Source: Amoebidium appalachense
Lineage: Eukaryota; Protista; Ichthyosporea
Direction of reading: 5' to 3'
Assembly: GCA_963693365.1 (NCBI GenBank)
Contig: CAVNZM010000007.1
Span: 8,181,962-8,245,961 of the forward strand
Length of the DNA: 64,000 bases
The notes under the pieces were generated by a model. It was not told where the DNA came from and made no database searches. It saw only the letters and a program-made list of their open reading frames with translations. A program made the translations under genes and the position numbers. Position 1 is the stretch's first letter, and every line of letters begins with the position of its first letter. Shown in pieces: positions 49,178 through 60,626 of this stretch.

Positions 49178-50377
49178 GTGTGTGGGTGTGTGTTGTGTCT
49201 CTGTGTGTGCTGTGTGATATCAACGGGAGAAGCAGAGAGAAAATCAAAGAAAAGAGCGGAAAAGTGTGATAGAGACGGGGAGGAAAGTGAGCTCAAGGTA
49301 GGTGGCACAGGGGTGAGGGAGGGGTAACATGTATGTCTTGGTGGATCACTATTGGAGAAGGTTGGGGGGGGGGGGGGGGGGGGGGGGAGAAGGAATTTAC
49401 CCGTCCGTATGCGAGTAGGGACTCCGGTGGGAGCTTCTTGGGGTCGTTGCCTTTTGGCCCGATTTTTTTCGGGGTTCTGTTTTTGGAGCCGCCTGCATGT
49501 TGGTTTTTGCTGGGGGTGACCGGATCCTCTCCATCACTCTCAAAATCAGATAATGGGTAGCCGGGTTGTGTAAACTCGGGTGTGAGCTCACGTTCATTCT
49601 CGTTATCACGTCCTGCGTGAGAACAATGTGAGGAGCTAGCGGTGGGTGTGTGGGTGGGTGGGGGGGGAGGGGATGCTACAAAACGGGAAGCTCTTGTGTT
49701 TTGAATGATTATTAACGCGATGTGCTACAAAACGGGAAGCTCTTGTGTTTTGAATGATTATTAACGCGATGTGCAATCTGATACCTGTCCCTTCCTTTCC
49801 TCCGTCACGCTTACCGATCGAAGTCAGCCGAAGGGGATTAAAAAAAAGGGGGGGGGGGGGAGGGGGGGGGGGGGGGGGGGGGGGAGGGGAGGGGCTGGTG
49901 GGTTGAGTGCGTGCTCACAGAAGTTGTGAATGAGAGTGTATGTGTGCGAGAATGCATAACTGTGCGTGTATGTGCTTATGTGGGCAGGTATGCTGGGTAG
50001 GAAGGGTAGTTAGGGCTGTGTAAGTGGTCGCAGAACCACAGTGTGCCCGAGTTCCCTTACGCATTCCTGCACACAGCTTGCCTTCTGCTAATAAGCAACC
50101 ATGCTGTGCTCGGAGGGCGGAGAGGGGGAGGGGAAGGAGGGGGGGAAGGGGGGTTGGAAATAAACAGCACGTCACTGTTGGAATCTAGGGGAAAGGAGCA
50201 CCAAGGACGTGGGAGGCAACAAGGAGGGGGGGGGAGGGGAGGGGGGGAGGGGGGGGGGGGGGAGGGGGAGGGGGACTTGCCTGTTCGACTCTGCTGCTGT
50301 GGGGTGTGTGGTTCGGTTTCTGCCCCAGTGGCACACAGAGCACTGGCTAGCTGAGCGTTTTGAGAGCCGCTGCCCAT
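45284..50377 (-). CDS. MDC1-like tandem BRCT-domain protein (short; no FHA domain seen)
   Basis: Exons 47939-47665 (PKVLFT..LGG..THLVTDRIRRTVKFLACLAR..W), 46748-46503 (DLETEKKYSFHLKES..LLAGYQVYATPKVQPTPEQ..SAGG) and 45532-45284 (YTPELLLAGVLKQE plus basic tail) match the MDC1 C-terminal BRCT pair from recall. The 5' exons (50377-50281, 49612-49401, ~48990-48958, possibly 48219-48215) are less certain. Confidence 0.8.
46093..46197 (-). mobile_element. Structured repeat subfamily B, 5'-truncated copy in a BRCT-gene intron
   Basis: tttgaatg..gtacgaagtacacaagaacaacggataacacgatgcaga..gcataataagcagagcccatcctcag matches 29601-29707 and lies between G tracts. Confidence 0.85.
49674..49774. repeat. 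Exact 49-bp tandem duplication
   Basis: tgctacaaaacgggaagctcttgtgttttgaatgattattaacgcgatg occurs at 49674 and 49723. Confidence 0.9.
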
Positions 50378-51027
50378 GATGGCCTAAACTTTGGCCGGAT
50401 AGGCCACTAAAAATCACACTTTCAATTGATTAAGGCCTAGCAAATAGACAGAATCTTATCTACTTTGTGCACACTTTGGACACTTGCAGCACGACGCATC
50501 ACAACCGGAAATGTTTTGGAAATATGCTCCCACTCGAACTCGCAAACGGGCCTTCAGGGTGCCAGGTGCTCACGAAACTCAAATTAGTGTATGAAAATAT
50601 GGGTGCCGTGGTGCCACTAAGGCGAACAAGCAGTTATAGCAACAACAACGCTTACTGAAAGCTTCACACGGCAACCCACGGAGAATCCTGCCGCACGTCG
50701 GCAGGTCGGCTGCTACAAACTGTCAACTGACTGAAATCACCCGTGAGTCGTGACTCAAAAACGGCGCCAAGAATCTGATTGGCAAATAGACTTATTCAGA
50801 CTTGTTCTTTCACGCCATTGGTCAATAGTTGAATAGATCCAACGGCCGAGCCTCACGCTTTTCACGACATCACAATGAAAGGTGTGGCGTGTAACTGTGC
50901 GCGTGGCCTAGGCCTGTGCCGCGTGTTCCTGCCATGATAACTAATAACATGTGCCTACGCGTGCAAGCGAATGCTTCTACGCCACTACACGCATGTGCAA
51001 GGTCAGTCAGCACGCGTGGCGTGTGCG

Positions 51028-51034
51028 TATTTAA
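51028..51034 (+). promoter_or_regulatory. Putative TATA-like box of the Gly-rich peptide gene
   Basis: tatttaa ~170 bp upstream of ATG 51201, in the divergent intergenic region shared with the BRCT gene. Confidence 0.35.
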
Positions 51035-51200
51035 GGCCTGGCCACCCAATACATCTGCACCAATTGACAGCAGCTTTTCGAGCCAATTGCAACAGCTTCA
51101 CAAGCAGCACTCGAGCTCCACTGTTTCTTTTTGACGTCGACTAGAAGTCATCCTACCCCATATTCCTTTTTCTAACTGAACTTTCACGCACACTGCCAAC

Positions 51201-52177
51201 ATGAATCTGCTCGCGTCTGCCCTCTGTGCCGCCATGTGTGTTGTGGCCTCGGTGAGTGCTGCTGCCGTCCCACCAGTCACGGTGGAAAATTCGATGGAGG
51301 CCAACGCCGAGCTCGAGGCTGGCAACATGGAAGGCCTGGAGGTGGTAAGATTCCTGGTGCCCACATATAATTTAGTGAATTAAACCATAAATGTGCATCT
51401 TTCATCGGACCATATGCATGCTTTTTGAAAAAAACAACCCGTGTACCTTTTTTTAGAAATTTATCTTCCTCCGTTCGCCTTGTTCTTTCACTGCTGCTTC
51501 CATACAACATATTTTTTATTTTATCACGTTTGCCCAAGCGAGGCGCAGCCTCGCCATATGGGGTTAACGTTTTGTCTACGCCGAAGTGAAGTCAAGGATC
51601 TATAGCTACTATCGGCCACCAGTGCCGCACAATCAATTATTTTGCATACATGCAAGCAGACGTATGTATCTGGACTGGGGTCTATACTGGTAATTTCGGA
51701 CGATATCCTAGAAGTTCTCTTTTGGCCACACTCAGTGCAGTCCTCCATAATACATATACTGGCCGCATTATCAGGAACTTTAATAAAATTACTGCCAATT
51801 AACAACAACACCGTTAACTTTTTATGCAGGGAGAGTTGCAGGGAATGGCCGCTAGTCACGAGGACCGAATTCGCCGTCAAGTGTACGGAGTGCCACGCCA
51901 AGTTCCTTTTGTTGGTGGGCCCGTCTACGGTCCCTTCAGAGGTGGTCCTGCCGGTGGCTTTAGCGGACTGCCTTTGGGTGTGGGATATAGCGGATATGGG
52001 CAGGGCAAGAAGGGAGGATACGGGGGATATGGGCAGGGTGGTTACGGTGGGTTTGGGCAGGGTGGCTACGGCGGGTTTGGGCAGGGTGGCTACGGCGGGT
52101 ATGGGAAGAAGGGTGGATTGGCCGGCACCATTGCTAGCATTGCGGGGCCCCTGGCTGCCGGAGGAAAGGGGTGGTAG
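51201..52177 (+). CDS. Secreted Gly/Tyr-rich prepropeptide (163 aa, 2 exons)
   Basis: Exon 1 51201-51344 (gccaacATG; hydrophobic signal peptide MNLLASALCAAMCVVASVSA; acidic pro-region; donor gtaaga) splices in phase 0 to exon 2 51830-52177 (..EDRIRRQVYG..GQGGYGG repeats..GKGW*). AATAAA at 52483. Confidence 0.85.
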
Positions 52178-53124
52178 GAGTAGTGGTTGAACAGTGGTGA
52201 TAAATTGTGTGTGGCTATGTTGAACGCCCAAGTTATCTGGCTAGCCTGTATATTGCTTATAACAAGCAAAAAGTTTCCTAACAAAATGTGCTGATTCTGT
52301 TTATCTCAGTCAATATGGACATGTTGTGTTCGATCGTTTTTCAGTCACGAAATATATCAGCTGGGCGATTCAAGTCATAGCTATGACACTGTATACACTA
52401 TCACGGTATGTAGGCAAAATACTCAAAAACTCATGCCAAAGTAGTAGCAGTTGAGGGCAGAGCTGAACAGTTTACAGTACTCAATAAATACATAATAAAA
52501 CAGTCATGAATGCGCCACGGAAAAATCTGAAACCTGCCCTAAACTGAAACCCCCCCCCCCCCCCCCCCCCCCCCCGTCGCCGAGGCCCTCCCTCTAATTG
52601 CCTCGCCGAGGCTCTCCCTCTAATTGCCTCCCTCCTTTTTATATTGTGTTTCTTACACCTCCTTCCTCACTCTAGCTGCCGGCTTGTCATACACAGGCAT
52701 GCGCATATCATCAGTCGGAGAACTAACCTACCACGGCCCACAAACGTTAACCCTCTTCAGCTCTCAATGGGGATCCCCTCTGTTCCTTCCCCCCCCCCCC
52801 CCCCCCCAGGACCTCACTCCCAGGGGTTCCCTCGCGTCCACTCCCTCTTGTTCGAATAGGCACCAAATTCCTCCCCCGAAGCTTCCCATCCTGCCAACGT
52901 TTACACCCACAGATACATCCTGGACCATTCACTTGGCCAAGCGTAGTACTACCACGGGCATGCATATAACAACAACCACACACCAACAGTTGTCACCTAA
53001 TTGGCTACGATATCCGTCTCCCCTGTTCGAGAGCCACTTCTTCTCTTAATCTCTCTCTCTCCTCTGGGAGTCTCCCTGGCCCCTCTCCCCCCTCTTCCCC
53101 CTCCCCCCATTCCCCCCCCTCCCC

Positions 53125-53160
<36 letters not shown>

Positions 53161-54888
53161 ACCACTTCCCCCCGACCCCTCGCCCTTCAAGCTCGCTGCA
53201 GCCCTTCACACACACGTGCGCACATGTATACTGTATGACACGTACACACAATCAGGGACGACCTACACCTTGTCCACCACCACTCGCCTAGATCCACCTC
53301 CCTGTGCTTAACCCCAACCCCTAGGTCCTCCCCCCCCCCCCCCCCCCCCCCGCCCGCCCTCCCTCCCCTCCCCTCCCTCCCCTCCCCTCCCCTCCTTCCC
53401 CCTCTCCCCCCCCCCCCCCCCCCCCCCCCCCCCCGCGCCCGCCCTCCCCTCCCCTCCGCTCCCACTCCTCCTCCCCTCCTTCCCCCTCCCTCCCCCCCCC
53501 CCCCCCCCCCCCAAAAAAAATAAATAATAATATTTAAAACTTTTAAATTTAAAACGTCACCCACCCACCTACCGCCGACCACCACACACAGACACACACA
53601 CACACACACAATGAAAAAATCAACACCCTTGAAGTTAATGTCCTACCCCAGTACTCAAAGAGCCCATGGCCATACGCGTGTATCACGTGCACCCAAGAGC
53701 CCAAGGCCACACAACCGTCGGAAAGCCAAGACAACCCTAAGTTGGCGGACATGTGTTGGTGTGTTGTGTTTGTACATGTGCACGCATATATGCGGCACAT
53801 GTCGTTGAATGTACACGTGTGTGTGCACATGCCGGCATAGTGAGTACCACCTGAAACGTCATCTTGAGTGTGGAAATCAAAGGGGTTTACCGTAATGATT
53901 GTTGAATCTGCCCAAACGTCAACTGTTCACCATAAGCCCGAGGATCGAAAAGTTTGGCTGTGCAGGGTAGGGGGGGAAAAGGGGGAGGGGGAAGGGGGAG
54001 GGGGGAGGAGATCCTTATTCCAATGCTAAATCTGTGAGTTAGATGATGTGGATTCGGGGCTATGTTCTTTTGCACGGAACGTTATGTGCACGAACGTTCT
54101 GTGCACGATTGTGTGACCGTGTGAGCAGCGAGCATACATGATGTACAATCCCCTTTTCCTTCCATCCCCACCAAAATCTCCTGACCCTCTCTCTACAATT
54201 TTAGCCTCAGACCTGAGTGTTGACGTGTGTGCGTCTTCGAGCTACAGTGTGTGCGGTGGTGTGTGCGTGTGCACGTACATACACCGTGCATCTCACTAAA
54301 GCACTCTATGTGTGTGTGTGGCAAGGTTGTGTAACAGGTGGAACACTAAGAATGTTGCCGCTCCCATGTCACGGTTGGATAGGAGACCGCCCAGCCACAT
54401 ATATATAGAAGAATAACCACAACGAAATGCCTCAAGGCTTGCAGCTCTATTCACACTATCAATACCGTACACACATGTCCTGCACGTGTGAATTATAGGC
54501 CTACAGACTGACCATATGCTTCAATCGACTTGCCATGCAGCTGCCTAATGTTTTCAATAGTATCCGGTCAACATGGACACTCATATGTCAATTTACTTTA
54601 CAACTACTTATCATCCTTCTCGCCCTGGTGGTATTCAGCTCTAATCAAAGTGCCTACACACATCACACTCTTACACGCTCAATTCTATCTACATGACAAC
54701 TGGTCAGCGAAATACTTGGCCAAGTGTTACAACAGCATAATCAACAGGCTTCTACCTTGTGTGGTTCCAGATTGCGTGTGATGCAACGAGAACGTGCACA
54801 AGACAGACAACCTGCATATGCATATAGCCACCAAGCACAAGACAAAGAAGGTGTGAACGGAAACCCTCTCGAGGCAGAAACCTGTTTT

Positions 54889-55374
54889 TCAAATGACGGG
54901 TGTTGGTCTGAGTCGCTTTGCTTCTGGATTAGTCTGCCACCATTGCTGATTCAATTGGCCCAAGCGCAGATAGCCCGCGTAGCACAAAACAGTCAGTATA
55001 CCCGTTACCGCATAAACAATCGTCAACACAGGAGTCTCCGTTTCTAGAAGAATGAGTGGACAAAAGGTTGCTTTTCCCTTCAAGCCCACCGGGCAGCTCC
55101 AGTCTGAGCACACTGCATTTCCGATGTTTTCGTTCAATTCTGAGAAATCTAAACTGAGTTCCGTTCCGTTAGCAACAGGCTTGTCTCCATACTTGCATGA
55201 TTCGGCCGTGCACTGGCACAGGAATTCGCTGTTGCGTACAATTGTGCTAAACCCCACAAAGAAGAGGAATAGTGTGAGGGAGATGATGCCTATAACCCCG
55301 ACAAGTTTTGCTTTTCTCCCGTAGCTGCGCTCCCACTTCACCCCCGCAAACGCTACGGGACCACCGGGTGGCAT
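54889..55374 (-). CDS. Uncharacterised membrane protein with two predicted TM helices and a Cys-rich loop
   Basis: Non-repetitive 161-aa ORF. Hydrophobic segments LVGVIGIISLTLFLFFVGFSTIV and VLTIVYAVTGILTVLCYAGYL flank a loop with 6 Cys and an NGT sequon. It may splice to further small exons at 52650-54760. Confidence 0.65.
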   Translation of the reverse strand: MPPGGPVAFAGVKWERSYGRKAKLVGVIGIISLTLFLFFVGFSTIVRNSEFLCQCTAESCKYGDKPVANGTELSLDFSELNENIGNAVCSDWSCPVGLKGKATFCPLILLETETPVLTIVYAVTGILTVLCYAGYLRLGQLNQQWWQTNPEAKRLRPTPVI

Positions 55375-56152
55375 CTTTCCAACGTGCAGCTACAAGTTTA
55401 CGTTTCAACCAGTACGTTCGACTGGCCGTGTTGCCCCGTGTGCGCGCTGCAGGCACGGGCATCCGCCCGCGGCTGGATCTAATATTAGCTTAGGCTTGGG
55501 CAATCGCGATTCATATAGGATTTTGCGATTGAAAACAATTTTAGATTTATGACTTTGCGACTGCTTGTGTGTGTGTGTGTAAGGGGCCTAAGGGCGCCCG
55601 GGGGCGGGGGGGTAATCGGACCCGCATATGACCGTCAGTGCACACTGAGTGCAATATCATGCTGTGTGGCAACACCTGTCTTTCTCGTCTTTCTCTACCT
55701 TGGGGCCTGCCCAGGTGCCCGTTGGGGTTTTATTTTTCACTTGGCAAGATGCAAAAACACCCGAACACAGGTGTCTTAAAACTCACACATGCTTACAAGC
55801 CTTAGGCTGTTTACAACAAGCCCATTTTCTTCCATTTTCGTTCTCTTACTCCTATCTTCTACTTGAAGCTAAATGAAATTATGACATGCATGGCTGTGAA
55901 ACCAACTCACTAGGGCATAGGTATTCTCTCTACGACAACAATCGACACCCCAACTGTGTAATTCACACAATCTAATCATGTCAGACAAAAACAATCACAT
56001 GAGCATAGGACAAAAATTCAACACACCCTTATTAAATTTTGTCGACAAAACAATCACATGAGCATAGGACACAAATACAACTTTTTAGAAATTTAATAAG
56101 CTAAACCCCCCCCCCTCCCTGGGTCGGAAACCGTCCGATACGCCTGCATTGT

Positions 56153-56246
56153 TCAGAACACGCGGACGGTAGCTTCGCGGCTTGAGCCCACGCCGATCCA
56201 TTGAACTGTGCAAGCAGTGAAATCAGTTAGTTTTCTTCTGTCCCTT

Positions 56247-56316
<70 letters not shown>

Positions 56317-57479
56317 AAAACCGTCGATTGCCATCACCACCACATGAAAGAGAAAAAGCACACCCACAAAAACAAACAGCGAATGCGGTACCAAGTACTT
56401 GTCCGTGGCACTAAGAAGACAGCACAGAGCACATCCAGAGATAACCATGCAAATATCAGCACAATCAAACACACACCGATCTTCGATGAAAAACTTAAGA
56501 TGATGATTCCATTATGCACTTGTAGGAGGCTGTGGATACCATAATGAGAAAGGTCTAGAAACGTTACGAAGTACATATTCGCAACGGACAACACAATGCA
56601 TAGTGCAAACCACATAGAGGGTATGTATAATCAGCAGAACATCACAAAGTGCTATAATGGGGCGTGGGCGTGGGAGAGAGGGGGGGGTTTGAATGCGGAA
56701 CACGGTACGAAGTACGCATACACGATGAGAAGCATGGCAGGACACATGCCAAGGCAAACTGTCAAGTATGCAACATCAGCCATGCGCACGGTATGCGTCA
56801 TAAGCAGAGCCCATCCTCAGGGAGGACCCACGTCATCAATTGCGTCTGAGTTTCGACCCCTTAGCCCGCGTATATACGACTCTCCAACTCAGACAGCAGC
56901 ATCAACTGAACTTGGGAGGGTCAACCCGTCTTGATCAAAGACGAGCAGGGTTGCTTATGCAAGCAAGGTGAGCAAAACGGTGAAGATGTGTGTGCAAACT
57001 AATGCAGTGCAGCGAAAAATGTGTATATGCTTACAGATGCACGACACAGAGCAACCATGCCCGGTTACATGGAAGTAAAGCGGTCTCCACACAGTGGTCT
57101 GTCCTGAAAGGACACCTCTGAAAGAAGACTGGGGGGGTTTAAATGCGGAACACGGTACGAAGTACGCACGCATACACGATGAGAAGCATCGTGCAGGACA
57201 CATGCGAAGGCAAACATTCAAGTATGCAACATCATCCATGCGCACAGTATGCGTCATAAGCAGAGCCCATCCTCAGGGAGGGCCCAAGTCAGGGGGGGGG
57301 GGGGGGGAAGGGGGGGAGAGGACACGTACTGGGGACCTTGAGGAAATTCTCAATGAACTTGCAGTAGGACTGGGCATTGGGGGGCAGCTCGGCCCACTGG
57401 CGGCAGTTGGTTGTGTCTGCCTGCCAGCCGGGCAGAGTCTCATACACAACCTCAACCTCCTGAAGATCGTCCAGGTTGG

Positions 57480-57515
<36 letters not shown>

Positions 57516-58022
57516 ACGGAGGGAAGAGAGGAGGGGGGGGGCTGAGGTTGTGGAGGGAGGGGGTGGGGGGGGGGGGGGGGGGGGGGGTGGGGGGGGGGTT
57601 TCGGGTTAGTGGGTATAGTCGGTAATGTAAAGCATGCATAAGTGGTACACATGCAAACTAAGCCGTTACTACCCCCCCCCCCCCCCATCCCCCATCCCCC
57701 TCCACCTCACCACACAAACACACCCTCCAAAAGACAAGGGAGGCCTTCCGACATACATGGAAACAAATTCATAGGAAGGTGGCGCAGGGGAGCTAATAAA
57801 TGGAAGGGGAAAGGCGGTAACCAGAAACAATGGAGTACACAAAGAAAAGCAAAGAACAGAAGCAACCTAAGAGCTACACGAAAGTCACATTAGTATCGTC
57901 ATTCTGCAAAAGAAAAGGACACACAGTCGACTCTACTATGCATCATAAGTAAAGCCAATTTTTAAGGGGGGCCAAATAAGTGTGTGGGTGTGTTTGTGTG
58001 TTTATGTGTGTTTATGTGCATT

Positions 58023-58069
<47 letters not shown>

Positions 58070-58082
58070 TGGTGGTGGTGGT

Positions 58083-58119
<37 letters not shown>

Positions 58120-58421
58120 CAGGGGAAGTTGTCGAGGGCTTTGCCATGCAGCTTGTAGGCCACAGCCACCTTGATCTCGGGGAAGGTGTCCAGCACGTCC
58201 AGCTTGGTTATCATCAGGCTGCACAGAGCACATGTCAGTGGCGTCAATGCAGTGGCCACACACACACACACACACTTTAGGTGCTTACAGATACACGGCA
58301 CATTTTTACACATACGCCAGCACACGAACAGTCATGCACACATGCACACACCCACCCACACACACACACGTGCGCAAACACCAACACACCCGAGCGCCCA
58401 CACGCACACAAGAACGCATAA

Positions 58422-58473
<52 letters not shown>

Positions 58474-60591
58474 CACAGAGGCACACACACAAACAAAAAT
58501 TGGCGGAAGTGCATACACATGTATCGGGGCTCACGGACACAAACAAGCAAATAGCACGCACACACCAAGGCAACACCAATACACCAACATCACACGCACA
58601 ACCAATGCACACAGCATAAACGCTGCAGCACACACCACATACTGAGCAGCCACAGCCATGACAGAGTTGACAACCTTTGTGCCATAAACACTATCCCAGT
58701 TTCTCACTTACAACAAGGCAGAAATACAACTTGAGATGTTGCTCATCCACACCACTACTGCTATTAATCCTATCCACCAACAGAATTCGACCCCCCCCCC
58801 CCCCCCCCCCCCCCCCCGGCGCCAACACACACACACACACACAAACACACCACACCTAAGAGCCTACTTTTCTCCCCCTCCCCCCTCCCCCCCCCCCCCC
58901 CCCCCAAAAAAAAAAGAAAAATAAATAGATAAAAAAAACACCCAAGTAAAAAAAAAATAATTAAAAACACCCCACCCACCCTCACCACGCACACAAACAC
59001 CCAATCACCCAGCATAAATAAATAAAAAAAACACCCAAGTAAAAAAAATAAATAATGAAAAACACCCCACCCACCCGCACGCACGCACGCCCGCCCGCAC
59101 ACACACACCCACCCACCCAGCCACACACACACCTAAGTACATTCGGCACTGTGCATGCTGCTGACTCGCCATGATTACACACAGCACACACACCACTTGC
59201 ACGCACCTAGTCAGGCCGTTGACCATGTGAGTGTAGCGCACCACAACCAGATCCAGCCAGCCACAGCGGCGCTTGCGTCCGGTGGTCACACCGACCTCGA
59301 AGCCGATGGTCTGCAGCTTCTCACCAACCTCCTGCAGACACACACACACCCAGTCAGTATCACCGCATTCGTGCCTTTAGTGTTATTTTTGTGCCCTCCC
59401 TCGCCCCCAAACACACATATGCATGCACACACACACACACACATTCGCACTCACGAACGCACGCACGCACGCACGCACACACACACCAACACACACACAC
59501 ACACACACACAACACATACGGGTTATCCTTTTAATCTTCATCCCGTAGCCTTGCTTCAAGTTTTTAGCCTGGGGAGCACAATGGCAAACAGAATGCACAG
59601 TACAACAAACAACAGATATGACACATAGCAAGACACACATCAGCCCTTCGTTCAACACCCATGCCCACTATCGAGCAACATGGCAACCTGAATAAAGGCA
59701 CAACAGGGCCAGTTTTCTTACGTTCAGCTGCTCGGTTGGGAAGGCGCCGCCACCGACACGGGTGGTGTAAGCCTTGACCACACCAAACACCTGCTTGATC
59801 TTGGATGGGGGGATGCCCAGACCGGTGCAGGCGCCACCCACACTGCAGTTGGATGACGTCACGTACGGGTATGTGCCTGAAGGGCCACGTGTTAGTGGAT
59901 GTCAGGTCACGTACTAGGGTAAGTTTCTCGTGTCACGTGCTAGTGTGTGCCATATCACGTGCCTGTGTATGCCATGTCACGTGGAAGAGTGTGTTTACCC
60001 ACGTGTTGGTGTGTGAGGGGTCACGTGTTGGTGTATGTCAGTCATCCAATTTGAAAACGATGGCAAAGGTTCATAATGCCCTTTTTGCGGCATATTCACC
60101 AGATACGTAGGCCTACTGTCTCCTTTCACCTCAAAAAATATGCAATTACGTCCCTATCTCATGTTCCCACTCCCCTTTCTCATTCGTGCAGGGGCAGGAG
60201 GAGGACAGAGAGCAATGGTGAGGGTAGATTTGGTAGAAGGAATGCACTATGGACATCTCATGCATGCAAGAGCTATCAACAGCCAGATGTATACACGTAT
60301 GTATCCACATGAATGCATGCACACAACATGCCCTCTCGACAACTCTCAGCAAGCCACACAGAACGTTGACAACCCTCCGTGATGGCCAGATGTAAACAAG
60401 ACCGGCAACATTTTTCATTGTGAATTAACGGAGAAATCACTGAGACGAAATTTAACCACACTTAAGGGCATGCATGCATGCATGCATGCACACACAGACC
60501 CACAGACCCACAGACCCACACACACAGACCCACACACACACACATGCGCGCAGTCACACACACACACACACATTCTGTCTCTATCTCTCAG

Positions 60592-60626
<35 letters not shown>

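Noticed and set aside
51524-52231. 235-aa minus-strand ORF with PAVATLPK repeats
   Set aside because: Antisense shadow of the Gly-rich exon. The plus-strand model has a start context, signal peptide, splice sites and polyA signal.
55978-56080. Short local duplications (also 9462-9554, 52579-52630, 58920-59075)
   Set aside because: Two-copy slippage-type duplications with no structure or dispersal evidence.
56799-56959. Canonical type I/II/III hammerhead, group I/II intron, tRNA-derived SINE or IRES reading of the repeat
   Set aside because: A type II reading leaves only 4 nt for stem I and 2 bp for stem II. I saw no group I P7, group II domain V or Pol III A/B boxes. Only the permuted pairing shows covariation.
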